From: Anaerohalosphaeraceae bacterium
Lineage (GTDB): Bacteria > Planctomycetota > Phycisphaerae > Sedimentisphaerales > Anaerohalosphaeraceae
Reading direction: 5' to 3'
Assembly (NCBI GenBank): GCA_963675525.2
Contig: CAXXSL010000016.1
Span: forward strand, 64,001-128,000
DNA: 64,000 bases
The translations under genes and the position numbers were made by a program. This document shows positions 48,563-59,642 of this stretch, piece by piece. Each line of letters begins with the position of its first letter. Within the stretch, counting starts at the first letter, position 1. A model generated the notes under the pieces. The model saw only the letters and a program-made list of their open reading frames with translations. It was not told the origin of the DNA and did not search any database.

Positions 48563-51430
48563 TTAAACCTCACTTTCGTCTTTTTCTTTCGACAGTTTAC
48601 ACGCCTGTCGTCTCGATAACAAGCCGCATATCAAAATCAAAATCGGCAGCAGTCCGATACTCATCCATGTTAGTTTCGTGATTCCCATCTGCCAGTACTG
48701 ATGCAGATTCAGAGCGACTAATGCCATAACTGCAATAGAGATAATCAGACAGAACCCGCAATGACAGCCGACCGATTCGACTTTTTTAGCTTTCTTAAAG
48801 AACCATTTTTCCGCAGCCGTTAAAAATGCCGGCAAGGCGATTAATGTAATAATGCCCGAGACCGCCATGATGGCGCACAGGAAAAATCCGACTGTTTTAT
48901 ACGGCATTAGTGGGGCGGCCAATAGCGGTAAAAACCCGATTGCGATCACCAAGACATTGCGGCTGATGGCACGGGCTGGTTCGCCGAACATCTCGCTGGC
49001 GGCCTTTTGCCATGAACCTGCCGCAGCATAAGCCGTCCGGCTGCGCTCCAGAAAGTGGATCGCAAAATCCACCGCCATCCCCAGCGTCAACGCGCTGAGC
49101 ACCGCCACCGGCATATCATAATCCTTGCCGATGAAACCGATCATCCCGTAAATCGTCGCAATGGTAATCGTCAGCGGAACCATACATAACAGCCCCCATA
49201 ACGGTGACCGAAACAAAAGCGACATCATAATAAAGACCACCAGAAAACTGCCCAAAAACGATTGCAGCATCCCGAAGACCATCTTGTTCTGCCAGACCGT
49301 GTTAATATACGTCAGCCCCGCCCATTGATGCGTCATCGCAATCGGCGGCTGATGGGCGACGAAGTACGCATCTACTGCTTTGACGACTTGTTCCATGTCT
49401 TTGTTGTCCCCGCTGGTCAACTGCATCCAGATATTGACATGGCGGTAGTCCGGCGTGGTCATATGCCACAAGTCGTGGGGACGGTGGCTTTGCTGATACT
49501 GGATCAAACACTCAGACACCATCGCCTTATTATCCGGGATACGGAAGCTTGCCTGTGAGCCGTCAATCAACTCCTGATGCACTTTCTTGACAATGTCGGC
49601 CAGCGAATTGCTTTTGCCGACCAATCCGGTATCCTCCAGATGCTTTTGCAGTCCCGCCATATATTGTAGCGTCTGCGGGCTCTTGAATAGTTCCGGTTTT
49701 TCAAAGCCAGTTGCAAATGAGTCAAAATGGGCGGTCATCTCATTCCAAGCATAGAACAAATCATCGTCATCGTCTGGAACAGATTCAATCTCTTTGTCCA
49801 TCAGTTCCTTAAGCGTATCCACAAAAGCGACTCGACTAAATTCATCGAATACAATTGTTTGCAATAAGTCCTCAATTTTTTGAACTACAAGCGGTGCTTT
49901 AGGATACTGCTCTTTGATGGACTGAGCTTTCTCCTGAAGATATGTTAAAAGATCTGCTGATAATAATTCTGGATATTCGTGCAGTTCCGCCTCTGCATCC
50001 AATACCAGATAGGCCATGTACGTCCCGCCAAAGTGGGCATTTAAGGCGGTATCCGCCTGGCGAATCGGGTGGCTTTTAGAAAACCATTTGACGGGATTGT
50101 CGTTGATCTGGATTTTGGTAATGCCCCAGACCGCAACGGCTGTTAAGACCACCAGCAGCGTCAAAATAGTTTTGGCATAACGATGGGTTAACCCGCCGAC
50201 AGTCTGCAGCATCCGGGTGAGGGCACTTTGCTTTTGGTCATGATGCACCGCCATGCCGAAGTTGGCCAGCCGCTTTTCCGGTATCATCATGACATACGCC
50301 GGCACAAACGTCACCGTAAACAACCATGCGATCATGATTCCCGTTGCCACGAACACGCCGAACACCTGCACCGGCGGGATTGGCGTCAGCGCCAGCGACA
50401 GAAAACCGGCCGCAGACGTTAGCGACGTATACAACATTGGCGTAAATAATCCGTGCATGACTTCCTCAATTGCGGCCTTGCGGCCTATCTCTTTCGTATA
50501 CACGTCGAAAAATGCCGAAAGGATATGTACCGAGTCCACCACCGCGATCGGCATCAGGAAAATCGGGATCATCGAACTCATGATGTGCACCGGATAGCCA
50601 AAGCCGATGAGCAGGCCCATCGTCGAAAGAACCGACACCATCGCGATGACCATCGGCGAAATCACCAGTACCAGCTTGCGGAAGAAAATCAGCATCAAAA
50701 TAAAAATCGTCAGCATCGCCAGCGGCGCCGAAATTGCCATCTGGATAAACATCTCCACGCCGAATGTATCCTCGGCGACCGGCAGGCCGGTAATATGATA
50801 ATCTTCATCCCCGCCCAATGTGGCGATTTTCTGATTCAGTTCTGAATACACGCGATAGCTGAAATGCTTGTCCGTCAGCGGGATAAACAGCATGATTGCT
50901 TTGCCATCCTCAGAAACCATTGTGCCTTTCAAAAGCGGATTGGAAAGCGCCTTGTCCCGAACCGCCAGCGCCTCGGCCTGAGTCTGTGGTGGTTTCGGCA
51001 TCAGCCATTCAAACTTGATAACGCCGGGCCCGCCTTGTGAAATATGGTCGATTAGCGATGGCGCGATCATATCCACCTCAATCACGCCGGCGATTTTTTC
51101 GGGGGCTTCCCTATCCAAATGGTTCAGCGTTTTGGCAAACTCGGTCAGTTCATAAATGCGCTGCAAAGTCGCCGGGTTAAATACACCGTTTTCGTCTCGT
51201 TCATTGATAACACCCAGCACAACAATATCGCTAAGGTCGAACTGCTTTTTCGTAGCGGTATGAAATATGCGAACCGGTTCGTCGGCGCTGAGCATGTTCT
51301 CCGGGTCCGTATCCACCTTGATCAGCCGAATAAACGCCCCGCAAATCAGCGTAAACAAGACCATCACAAGCGTAACGGCTTTGTAATGATTAACCGAGAA
51401 ATGAACGATTCTATCCTTAAATGTACTCAT
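48563..51430 (-). CDS. MMPL/RND-family transporter
   Basis: Duplicated TM domains with IAVVDSVHI and GMAVDFAIHF. Confidence 0.9.
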   Translation of the reverse strand: MSTFKDRIVHFSVNHYKAVTLVMVLFTLICGAFIRLIKVDTDPENMLSADEPVRIFHTATKKQFDLSDIVVLGVINERDENGVFNPATLQRIYELTEFAKTLNHLDREAPEKIAGVIEVDMIAPSLIDHISQGGPGVIKFEWLMPKPPQTQAEALAVRDKALSNPLLKGTMVSEDGKAIMLFIPLTDKHFSYRVYSELNQKIATLGGDEDYHITGLPVAEDTFGVEMFIQMAISAPLAMLTIFILMLIFFRKLVLVISPMVIAMVSVLSTMGLLIGFGYPVHIMSSMIPIFLMPIAVVDSVHILSAFFDVYTKEIGRKAAIEEVMHGLFTPMLYTSLTSAAGFLSLALTPIPPVQVFGVFVATGIMIAWLFTVTFVPAYVMMIPEKRLANFGMAVHHDQKQSALTRMLQTVGGLTHRYAKTILTLLVVLTAVAVWGITKIQINDNPVKWFSKSHPIRQADTALNAHFGGTYMAYLVLDAEAELHEYPELLSADLLTYLQEKAQSIKEQYPKAPLVVQKIEDLLQTIVFDEFSRVAFVDTLKELMDKEIESVPDDDDDLFYAWNEMTAHFDSFATGFEKPELFKSPQTLQYMAGLQKHLEDTGLVGKSNSLADIVKKVHQELIDGSQASFRIPDNKAMVSECLIQYQQSHRPHDLWHMTTPDYRHVNIWMQLTSGDNKDMEQVVKAVDAYFVAHQPPIAMTHQWAGLTYINTVWQNKMVFGMLQSFLGSFLVVFIMMSLLFRSPLWGLLCMVPLTITIATIYGMIGFIGKDYDMPVAVLSALTLGMAVDFAIHFLERSRTAYAAAGSWQKAASEMFGEPARAISRNVLVIAIGFLPLLAAPLMPYKTVGFFLCAIMAVSGIITLIALPAFLTAAEKWFFKKAKKVESVGCHCGFCLIISIAVMALVALNLHQYWQMGITKLTWMSIGLLPILILICGLLSRRQACKLSKEKDESEV

Positions 51431-51505
51431 CGTCTTGCTCCCTGAATGTTCCTGTGTATCATTTAACTACTAATTTTAGCTGATTCAATCTCTTTTTGTA
51501 TAATT

Positions 51506-51808
51506 TTAGGAACTATCCTGCTCGCAATGATGATACACGCAATGCAGCAGTTTAATGACATTCGAGTTTTTGATACTGTAAAATACCTTGGTCCCCGCCC
51601 TTCGGCATTGCAAAACCTGTTTGTCCTTCATCAGGCCCAACTGCTGACTGGCCACCGCCTGAGGAACACCCAGTCTTTTAACAAGATCGCCAACACACAT
51701 CTCGCCCTGTTCCAGCAACTCGATGATCTGCAAACGAACCGGATGGGCAACCGCTTTCAAGACCTCAGCAACGTGTTGTGCTATTTCATAATCCATATTC
51801 AACTCCAT
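51506..51808 (-). CDS. ArsR/SmtB-family transcriptional regulator
   Basis: LKAVAHPVRLQII, EMCVGDL, SQQL, VFYSI. Confidence 0.92.
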   Translation of the reverse strand: MELNMDYEIAQHVAEVLKAVAHPVRLQIIELLEQGEMCVGDLVKRLGVPQAVASQQLGLMKDKQVLQCRRAGTKVFYSIKNSNVIKLLHCVYHHCEQDSS

Positions 51809-52018
51809 ATATCATAACATCCTTATATAACTATATATGTATATAACACTGATTGTTCGAATTTTTTACTTAAAAAGACATTATTTTGTGTTTTATCTTA
51901 AAAAGTCGTTTAAAATCGTAATTTTCCGTAACAATAATCCTGTTTTTGCGTCTTATTTTAGTAGAAAAGACATCTCATACGAGTGTTTCTTAGTCCATGA
52001 TTTTAGAAGGGTTGTCCC

Positions 52019-53422
52019 GTGAAGAAAAAAAACATTATCATATTGATTATCAGCGTTACCGTTCTTCTCGTCATATTATTTTATGGTGCTAAAAAAGCCG
52101 GCTCTATGGTTGTAAAGAAATCCTTGTCCAAAGCCATTAATGTTCGGATCGAAACCGTCCAACCGGGTGAATTTTTGGAAATCGTCAATGCCCCGGGAGA
52201 AATCCGGCCTGAAACAGAAGTGGACATCAGCGCAAAAGTGTCCGCCCGTATTATTGAAATTCCCTTTGACGAAGGCGACACGGTAACCGCCGGCGACCCG
52301 AAGGCCGATCCGCCTGTTGCCCCATCCCTGCTGATCCGTCTTGATTCAAAAGACCTTGAAAGTCAATTGCGCAGTGCCGAAGCCAATCGGGATGCTCAAA
52401 TAGCTCGCATCGAGGTTGAAAAATCAAATATTCTCTCGCAAAAAGCAACATTAAAAGGCCTGGAGGCAACACTGAATCAGTCCCGCATGGACTTTGACAG
52501 GCAAAATAAACTGCTTGAAAGTCACGACATCAGTCAGTCCAGTTTTGACCTGTGCCAATCCAATCTTCAGGAACTTCAAGCTCGATATACCGCCTCGGAA
52601 CATTCCATTCGAGCCGCCGAACAAAACCTGGTCGTCATGCAGCACAATCTCAAAGCCTCCGAAGCACGGGTCGAAGAGGGGCAGGAAGCACTCAGTTACA
52701 CGACGATCTATTCACCCATCGACGGTACCGTTACACAGACCAACGCCGAAGTCGGCGAAGTGGTAATGACCGGCACAATGAACAATCCCGGAACAGTCAT
52801 CATGCAGGTTGCAGACCTTTCGAAAATGATTTTGCTGGCGCAACTGGATGAAACAAATATCGGGCAGGTCCAAATCGGTCAAAAGGCAACCGTCCATATT
52901 CCTGCCTTCTGGGAGGAGGAATTTGACGGCGTCGTTCAGAACATCGCACTGACGCATCGAATGTCGAATACGGGCGCTAAGTATTATAAGACCGAGATCC
53001 TTATTCATGGAGATGTCGCCAAACTGCGCTCCGGCCTGACAGCTGATGTCGACATCGAAACCAACCGCTATCAGGATGTGATCAAAGTTCCCAGCCAGGC
53101 CGTGCTTGCACGTCGCACTGACAGCCTGCCGCTGGATATCACAGACGGCAACCCCGTCGTCGATAAAAAGAAAACGGATATCCCGGTTGTTTACCGGCAG
53201 GTCGATGGTAAGGCCGTGGTTACGCCCGTAGCTATCGGACCGAGCGACCTGACGCATACCTTGATACGAGCCGGACTAAAGCCCGGTGATACAGTGATCG
53301 TCGGTCCGTATAAGATTCTGGACACACTGAAGCACGACACGAATGTTAAGGAAGAAACGGCAAAAACTCCGGAAACTCAGAATACCAAAGATCCCAACGA
53401 CTCTGACGATAAACAATCATAA
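52019..53422 (+). CDS. MacA/HlyD-family periplasmic adaptor
   Basis: N-terminal [19 protein letters not shown]. Confidence 0.9.
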   Translation: MKKKNIIILIISVTVLLVILFYGAKKAGSMVVKKSLSKAINVRIETVQPGEFLEIVNAPGEIRPETEVDISAKVSARIIEIPFDEGDTVTAGDPKADPPVAPSLLIRLDSKDLESQLRSAEANRDAQIARIEVEKSNILSQKATLKGLEATLNQSRMDFDRQNKLLESHDISQSSFDLCQSNLQELQARYTASEHSIRAAEQNLVVMQHNLKASEARVEEGQEALSYTTIYSPIDGTVTQTNAEVGEVVMTGTMNNPGTVIMQVADLSKMILLAQLDETNIGQVQIGQKATVHIPAFWEEEFDGVVQNIALTHRMSNTGAKYYKTEILIHGDVAKLRSGLTADVDIETNRYQDVIKVPSQAVLARRTDSLPLDITDGNPVVDKKKTDIPVVYRQVDGKAVVTPVAIGPSDLTHTLIRAGLKPGDTVIVGPYKILDTLKHDTNVKEETAKTPETQNTKDPNDSDDKQS

Positions 53423-53444
53423 AAAAATATTATCGAAAACACCG

Positions 53445-54203
53445 ATGCCAGATACGGAAAACAATAAAATACTCATTCGAACGCAGGGACTGACCCGTAC
53501 TTACAAAGTGGGGCTGGAAAGGGTCTATGCGTTGCGAAGCATCAATCTCAACGTCTGCGAAAATGAATATGTTGCGGTTATGGGACACAGTGGTTCCGGC
53601 AAAAGCACCCTGATGAATCTGCTCGGCTGCCTGGACATCGCCGATGCGGGCCAGTACGAACTCAATGGCATCAACACCACATACATGAATTCATCCCAGC
53701 TGGCGCACGTGCGCAATCAGCAAATCGGGTTTGTGTTTCAATCGTTTGAATTACTGTCGCGAGTGTCCGCATTAAAAAATGTGGAACTGCCGCTGATCTA
53801 CTCTGACGCCCCTTTTGGGCAACGGCGAAAACTGGCTCAGGAAGCGCTCCGACGGGTCGGCTTGTCGGACCGCATCCATCACAAGCCCAACCAGCTTAGC
53901 GGCGGTGAAAAACAACGTGTCGCCGTTGCCCGCGCATTGGTCGGCAAGCCCAGCATCCTCCTGGCCGACGAACCCACGGGGAATCTGGACTCCAAAACGA
54001 GCGACGGCATTATGCAGTTGTTTGAAAAACTACACACCGAAGGGCAAACCATTATCATGGTCACGCATGAATCGGATATTGCCGCACACGCTCGCCGGAT
54101 CGTACGGATGCAGGATGGGGAAATCGTCAGCGATCTGCCGACGGAGCAGGATCCGCTATCCGTCCATTACGAGGATCCTTCCGCATCGGAGCCGTCTCAA
54201 TGA
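53445..54203 (+). CDS. MacB/LolD-type ABC ATPase
   Basis: [27 protein letters not shown]. Confidence 0.95.
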   Translation: MPDTENNKILIRTQGLTRTYKVGLERVYALRSINLNVCENEYVAVMGHSGSGKSTLMNLLGCLDIADAGQYELNGINTTYMNSSQLAHVRNQQIGFVFQSFELLSRVSALKNVELPLIYSDAPFGQRRKLAQEALRRVGLSDRIHHKPNQLSGGEKQRVAVARALVGKPSILLADEPTGNLDSKTSDGIMQLFEKLHTEGQTIIMVTHESDIAAHARRIVRMQDGEIVSDLPTEQDPLSVHYEDPSASEPSQ

Positions 54204-55462
54204 AAATGCTGCTGCTGATTCCGCTAAAAATCTTTCGTCTGTTGATACAAAGTACGTTGCTGGCGCTCAACCAGATTTGGGTCAATAAAACCCGCAGCAT
54301 CCTGACCACGGTTGGTATTATCATCGGTGTCGCGTCGGTGTCAGCCGTTATTGCCGCGATGGACGGCATGAACAATAAGATCATGGAAAATTTCGAAACC
54401 TTCGGCACCAAAAAAATCTTTCTCTGGCCGGAGCGTCCATCCTCGGGACCCAAAAAGAATGTCGACTGGTGGCAGATTCGCTTCAAACAAGAAGAATTTA
54501 ACGGCATGCTCGAATATTGCCCCTCCGTCGAATCGAAGTCATTTATCTCTGATGGTCGAAATTTACCGGCTCGATTTGAGGAAACAAGCGTAGAATCGGT
54601 TCGGCTCAACGGCGTTGAAGCAAGTTGGTTTGAAATTGAAAATCGGGAAATTATCATGGGACGGCCCTTTTCGCATCTGGATGAAAAACAGGGTCGCAAG
54701 GTCTGTATCATCTCCAAAGGACTCCGGGATAAACTGCAGATGGATCAAGAATGTACGGGCCAGGCCATTACGTTCGGATACCATACATTTCTGGTAATCG
54801 GCCTGCTGGAAGAGAAACCCAGTATGATGTTTGACAATAGTAACCGGGATAACCTCGAAGCTTATATTCCGTTTCGGACCATGCGGAAGATCAGCAATAA
54901 TGAGTGGTTCCGCGTTATGGCCAATTGCAAAAGCACCGATCTGGCAGAGGAAGCGAAAGCGGAAATTAAGTTTTTTCTGCGACGAACCCGACACATCCGC
55001 CCCGGCGAGCCGGATACGTTTAACGTGTTCGTGATGGAAAATGAAGTTAAACAAGTCATGGGAGTCCTGGGGATGATCTCGGGGGTAGCATACGCAATCG
55101 TCAGTATTTCGCTGCTGGTCGGCGGCGTCGGCATTATGAACATTATGTTGGTGTCGGTGTCCGAGCGAACGCGTGAGATCGGCTTGCGTAAAGCCGTCGG
55201 AGCCAAACCATCGGCCATCCTGACCCAGTTTTTGGTCGAAGCGGTGGTCTTGTGTCTGTTTGGTGGCCTGATCGGCCTCAGTATCGGGCACCTGTCGACA
55301 ATGCTGATATCAAAATTCCCTCTGATGGAAGGAACGAGAATCCCCTTCTGGGCCATTCTGCTGTCGTTCGGATTTTCCGGAGGGGTAGGCGTCGTTTTCG
55401 GCATGTTCCCCGCGATCAAAGCCGCTCGCCTGAATCCCATTGACGCATTAAGACATGAATAA
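54200..55462 (+). CDS. MacB/FtsX-type ABC permease
   Basis: [38 protein letters not shown]. Confidence 0.95.
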   Translation: MKMLLLIPLKIFRLLIQSTLLALNQIWVNKTRSILTTVGIIIGVASVSAVIAAMDGMNNKIMENFETFGTKKIFLWPERPSSGPKKNVDWWQIRFKQEEFNGMLEYCPSVESKSFISDGRNLPARFEETSVESVRLNGVEASWFEIENREIIMGRPFSHLDEKQGRKVCIISKGLRDKLQMDQECTGQAITFGYHTFLVIGLLEEKPSMMFDNSNRDNLEAYIPFRTMRKISNNEWFRVMANCKSTDLAEEAKAEIKFFLRRTRHIRPGEPDTFNVFVMENEVKQVMGVLGMISGVAYAIVSISLLVGGVGIMNIMLVSVSERTREIGLRKAVGAKPSAILTQFLVEAVVLCLFGGLIGLSIGHLSTMLISKFPLMEGTRIPFWAILLSFGFSGGVGVVFGMFPAIKAARLNPIDALRHE

Positions 55463-57125
55463 AGACAGGATTATTAAAATGAAATATCATCACATACTCA
55501 TCGGACTGCTTTTATTAAGTATCGTTTTATGGTTATCCGGTTGCCGACAACCCTCCTCTGGCACAGCCTTCTACAAACTCAACACCTCTCCGGAAAAAGT
55601 GCGCGAAATTGAAACCTTTGAATTGGAATCCTATCGCTCTGAGCCGCAGCCTGATACAAGCACGCCTTCCGTGCTGGAACTGCCCAAAGAACCGCTCGAA
55701 AAAATCGACCTGGAACTGGATCAGTGCCGGGCACTGGCCCTCGAAAACAATCTGGATTTAAACGTTCAACTGTTAGCGCCCGCCATTGCACAGGAAAACG
55801 TTAATGCTGAACGCGCCAAATTCGAAGCGTCATTTTTTACCGATCTAACCTATAGCAAGTCGGATCAGCCTTCCGCAACAAGTCTCGATATCAGCGGTTC
55901 AAAAACGGATTACTCAAAGACCGATCTCGGCGTTAGAATCCCTCTCCAGACCGGCGGCACCGTTACGTTTGATCTGGCGGAATCGCGCACCAAGACCAAT
56001 TCCGAATATTCCATTTTTAACCCCTCCTATTCGACTGACACATTTGTATCCATCAGCCAGCCTTTACTGCGAAATGCGGGGATTCGGACAAATACACACT
56101 CGATCCGTATTGCTGAGTATGAAAAGTATCGCACGGATATCGCAACAAAAATGGAGGTCATACGGGTTTTGGCGGCAATGGATCGTGTGTATTGGCGCCT
56201 TTATGCCGCCTCCAAACAAGTCCAGGTCAGTAAGCAGCGGTATGAACTGGCCAAGGCTCAGCTTGAACGGGCACAACGTTTCGTGGATGCGGGCCAACAT
56301 GCACAAATCGAGATCAATCGGGCCGAGGCGGGACTGGCTGAAAGCCTTCAATTTATTATCAACGCGGAAAATGAAATGCGGGATCGCCAGCGAGAGACCA
56401 AACAAACCCTGAATAAATCCGGCCTTGAAACGCGGGGGACAACCGTTATTGCTCCCCTCACCGAACCGAATCCGGTTCACTATACGTTTGATGCAGACCG
56501 CCTGATCGAACAGGCGTTTGAGAACCGTACGGAAATGCTCGACTATGAATTGCGATTAGCTCAGCACATTAGCGAAATTGATTTTCGCCGCAACCAGACG
56601 CTGCCGCTGGTGACTTTGAATTATCAATACAATATCAATGGACTCGGACCAACCAGCAGCGACGCCTACGATCTGCTGACGGACCATCGCTTTGTGGATC
56701 ATTATATGGGAGCCAGCATTCAGATCCCGCTGGGCAATCAGGCGGCCAAAAGCAATCTGCGCGCGGCAGTCTATTCCAGAATGCAAACCATCGCCTCTAA
56801 GGAAAGACAGCGGTCCATGATCGAGGTCGAAGTGCTCAATGCGCTGGACCAGGCTGAGTCCAACTGGCTGCGCGTACTGGCCGCCCGGCAAAACACCATC
56901 CTGCAGGAACGCCTGTATCAAGCCGAGATACGCCAGTTCGAAAACGGACTGACCACATCAACCGACGTTCTCGAGGCCCAAACCAACTTTTCCAACGCCC
57001 AGAGTTCGGAAATTAACGCCCTGACCGAATATGAAATCGCATTGGTCGATTTAGCCTATGCGACCGGTACTCTCCTGGGGGCCACCCAGGTCGAATGGGA
57101 ACCAATTCAGCCATCCATGCAATAA
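55455..57125 (+). CDS. TolC-family outer-membrane lipoprotein
   Basis: Lipobox LSGC; ALENNLD, SQPLLR; alternative start at 55479. Confidence 0.88.
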   Translation: MNKDRIIKMKYHHILIGLLLLSIVLWLSGCRQPSSGTAFYKLNTSPEKVREIETFELESYRSEPQPDTSTPSVLELPKEPLEKIDLELDQCRALALENNLDLNVQLLAPAIAQENVNAERAKFEASFFTDLTYSKSDQPSATSLDISGSKTDYSKTDLGVRIPLQTGGTVTFDLAESRTKTNSEYSIFNPSYSTDTFVSISQPLLRNAGIRTNTHSIRIAEYEKYRTDIATKMEVIRVLAAMDRVYWRLYAASKQVQVSKQRYELAKAQLERAQRFVDAGQHAQIEINRAEAGLAESLQFIINAENEMRDRQRETKQTLNKSGLETRGTTVIAPLTEPNPVHYTFDADRLIEQAFENRTEMLDYELRLAQHISEIDFRRNQTLPLVTLNYQYNINGLGPTSSDAYDLLTDHRFVDHYMGASIQIPLGNQAAKSNLRAAVYSRMQTIASKERQRSMIEVEVLNALDQAESNWLRVLAARQNTILQERLYQAEIRQFENGLTTSTDVLEAQTNFSNAQSSEINALTEYEIALVDLAYATGTLLGATQVEWEPIQPSMQ

Positions 57126-57311
57126 AAAACTGATACTTGAGTCAAGCGTTCATATAACATGTCATTCCAAGCATAGGCGAAGAATCTATTATTCAACCAC
57201 GGCGCAGCCGTTTCCGCTTTTTTTCTCAAGTTGACTACAATGATACATAAAAGGTTTTGAAATCTTGAAAAAAAGCGTATAATCCGAGAAGATTTTGTGG
57301 GAGCTAATCAC

Positions 57312-58421
57312 ATGCAAACAGATACGGACACCATGCAATTGGCGTTGGAATTGGCCCGGCGGGGATTGGGCAATGTCGAACCCAACCCGGCGGTCGGCTG
57401 TGTCATCGTCAAAAACGATGAAATCATCGGTCAGGGCTGGCACCAGCGTTTCGGCGGGCCTCATGCTGAAATTAACGCCTTGGGGGATTGCCGAGCCAAA
57501 GGGCACGACCCGAGGGGAGCAACGATGTATGCCACGCTCGAACCGTGCAGCCATACCGGAAAAACCCCGCCCTGCTGTCAGGCCGTGATCGAAGCGGGCA
57601 TCAAAAAAATCTTCATCGCCTCCGAGGACCCGACCAAACTGGCCTCCGGCGGAATCGAACAACTCAAACAAGCTGGTATCCAGGTCGAAACAGGCCTTTG
57701 CGGCGACGAGGCCGAACAGCTTAATGCGCCATTCTATAAACATGCCCGCACAGGCCTGCCGTGGGTTATTGTCAAATGGGCACAAAGCATCGACGGGAAA
57801 CTGAGCTGGGTAAATCCGCCTGCCGAAGGCAACTGGATTTCCAATGAAAAAAGCCGAGCTGACGTGCATCAACTCCGCAAAAAAGTACAGGCCATCTTAA
57901 CCGGCATCGACACCGTCATCACCGATAATCCAAAACTGACCGTCCGCGTCGAAGGCGAATCCATCGACTGTCCACCGCTGCGAACCGTACTCGACAGCAA
58001 ACTGCGAATGCCGTGGGATTGTTATCTGATTACGGTTCACGACGCGCCAACGCTCATCGTGACGACCGAGCAAACCGCACAAACGGAATTTCAGCAGGTT
58101 GAAAAGCTACAAGACGCAGGTGTAGAAGTTTTCGCCGTGCAGGAATGCCGGGAACACTGCGACTTGAAAGCAACGCTAACCGAACTGGGTCGCCGCGGTA
58201 TCCAGCAGTTGCTCGTCGAAGCGGGCCCAAGACTGATCAGCCAGTTCCTCGCTGAAAACCTCACCGACGAACTCCGCATCTACATCGCCCCCATGATATT
58301 AGGCCAAAACGGAACCGCCGACATCTCCGCCCCCCTGTCCGCCATCGTCAACCGCCAAATACTCAAAAAACCCAAAATGCAAACTTTCGATAACGATATT
58401 TGTATTTCAGGATATCTCTGA
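57312..58421 (+). CDS. ribD: Riboflavin biosynthesis deaminase/reductase
   Basis: PNPAVG, HAE, LEPCSHTGKTPPC, SIDG, DNPKL. Confidence 0.96.
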   Translation: MQTDTDTMQLALELARRGLGNVEPNPAVGCVIVKNDEIIGQGWHQRFGGPHAEINALGDCRAKGHDPRGATMYATLEPCSHTGKTPPCCQAVIEAGIKKIFIASEDPTKLASGGIEQLKQAGIQVETGLCGDEAEQLNAPFYKHARTGLPWVIVKWAQSIDGKLSWVNPPAEGNWISNEKSRADVHQLRKKVQAILTGIDTVITDNPKLTVRVEGESIDCPPLRTVLDSKLRMPWDCYLITVHDAPTLIVTTEQTAQTEFQQVEKLQDAGVEVFAVQECREHCDLKATLTELGRRGIQQLLVEAGPRLISQFLAENLTDELRIYIAPMILGQNGTADISAPLSAIVNRQILKKPKMQTFDNDICISGYL

Positions 58422-58434
58422 GAAGGAGAATAAG

Positions 58435-58860
58435 ATGCTTAAGCGCACAATTATTATAATCATTTTGGTTGTAATTAGCACAAGTCTTTATTTCGGCACA
58501 AAAATGGGATTTTGGGTTTATCACTGTAAAAAACACATTCAACAACGCAAAAATCTAATTCTTAAGGAGACCGATCATAAAGAATTGTTAATCGCATGTC
58601 AGATTATTTTGGAAAATACAACAACAGACACCCTTCTTCAAGAATCTAACTGGCCATTAATTATAAAAAATCTCAAACCAACTTATGTACACGTTGAATC
58701 AGAAAGCTTGGATATCGAAATGGGTGGTGGTTTTTTCTCTTTTGGAATTATTGCCTATAAAGAAGGAATGGAAGTTTCTTTAGAAGAAAATAATGAGAAT
58801 GCTGAAAGTTATCAATATGAACAACTTATAGAAGGATTATGGTATTACGAAGAAAAATAA
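58435..58860 (+). CDS. AT-rich hypothetical membrane-anchored protein
   Basis: AAGGAG RBS; N-terminal TM; ends GLWYYEEK. Confidence 0.75.
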   Translation: MLKRTIIIIILVVISTSLYFGTKMGFWVYHCKKHIQQRKNLILKETDHKELLIACQIILENTTTDTLLQESNWPLIIKNLKPTYVHVESESLDIEMGGGFFSFGIIAYKEGMEVSLEENNENAESYQYEQLIEGLWYYEEK

Positions 58861-58920
58861 CTCTGAAACATTTGCTTTGATTCCTAAAGTAAACTTATCC
58901 ACAAGTGAATATTTCCTAAA

Positions 58921-58997
58921 CTAAAACGGTTTTTTATTCAGCACGCTTTTGCTTCGCAGGATATGGTGGTAGTGTTTGGCGAAGCGGTGGATTTCGT
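58921..58997 (-). repeat. Diverged duplicate of the uvrC 3' end
   Basis: Encodes HRFAKHYHHILRSKSVLNKKPF* versus uvrC HRFAQHYHHILRSKSVLNKNQKLD* (60362-60443). Confidence 0.92.
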
Positions 58998-59043
58998 AGA
59001 ATTTTGTCTGCTTGGTTTCAATAAATTCCATTGTTTTTTTGCC

Positions 59044-59072
59044 TTGACAATTGTATAGTTTTTCTATACAAT
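59044..59072 (+). promoter_or_regulatory. Near-consensus promoter with overlapping palindromic operator
   Basis: TTGACA-17 bp-TACAAT; ATTGTATAG-ttttt-CTATACAAT at 59050-59072. Confidence 0.85.
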
Positions 59073-59078
59073 CTGAAT

Positions 59079-59642
59079 GTGAAATTAAAGACTTTGGACA
59101 TCCTGAAAACGTTGGAAGCAACTGCCAACATCCTGCAATGGGACGGCGAAAATATCGAGATTTTGCTTATCGGCGGGGCTGCCGGGATGCTCACCGGCCA
59201 ATTACCGGCTCATCGAGTGACTCAAGACTGCGATGTAATGGACTTTACACCAAAGGAAGCACAAAAGGCGGTTTTAGATGCCGCCGCTCAGGTTTCACAG
59301 GAAAAAGGGTTGCCGGAACATTGGCTCAGTACACAGGCGATGGACTCTTTGAATGTTTTGCCTGATGGCTGGCAATCAAGGCGTATTCACATTGCGTCTT
59401 TCGGCAAACTGTCGGTCTATGCCGTCAGTCGGCTGGACCTTCTGGCGATGAAATTCTACGCCAATCGACCGCAGGACCGTCAGGATATTATCGAAATGAA
59501 ACCGTCGCCGGAAGAAATTGAATATATCCGAAAATACCTTGATATGCTTCGTGTTCCATCCCGACGTACCGATCTTGACCAGGTCGTCAGCGCTTTTAAA
59601 TTAGTTGACGCAATGGAGAATTTGTTCTATGGCAACCGATAA
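59079..59642 (+). CDS. Pol-beta-superfamily nucleotidyltransferase (DUF6036/AbiEii-like), putative toxin
   Basis: LLIGGAA, RVTQDCD, LLAMK and RPQDRQDI motifs; GTG start 7 nt after the -10 element. Confidence 0.8.
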   Translation: MKLKTLDILKTLEATANILQWDGENIEILLIGGAAGMLTGQLPAHRVTQDCDVMDFTPKEAQKAVLDAAAQVSQEKGLPEHWLSTQAMDSLNVLPDGWQSRRIHIASFGKLSVYAVSRLDLLAMKFYANRPQDRQDIIEMKPSPEEIEYIRKYLDMLRVPSRRTDLDQVVSAFKLVDAMENLFYGNR

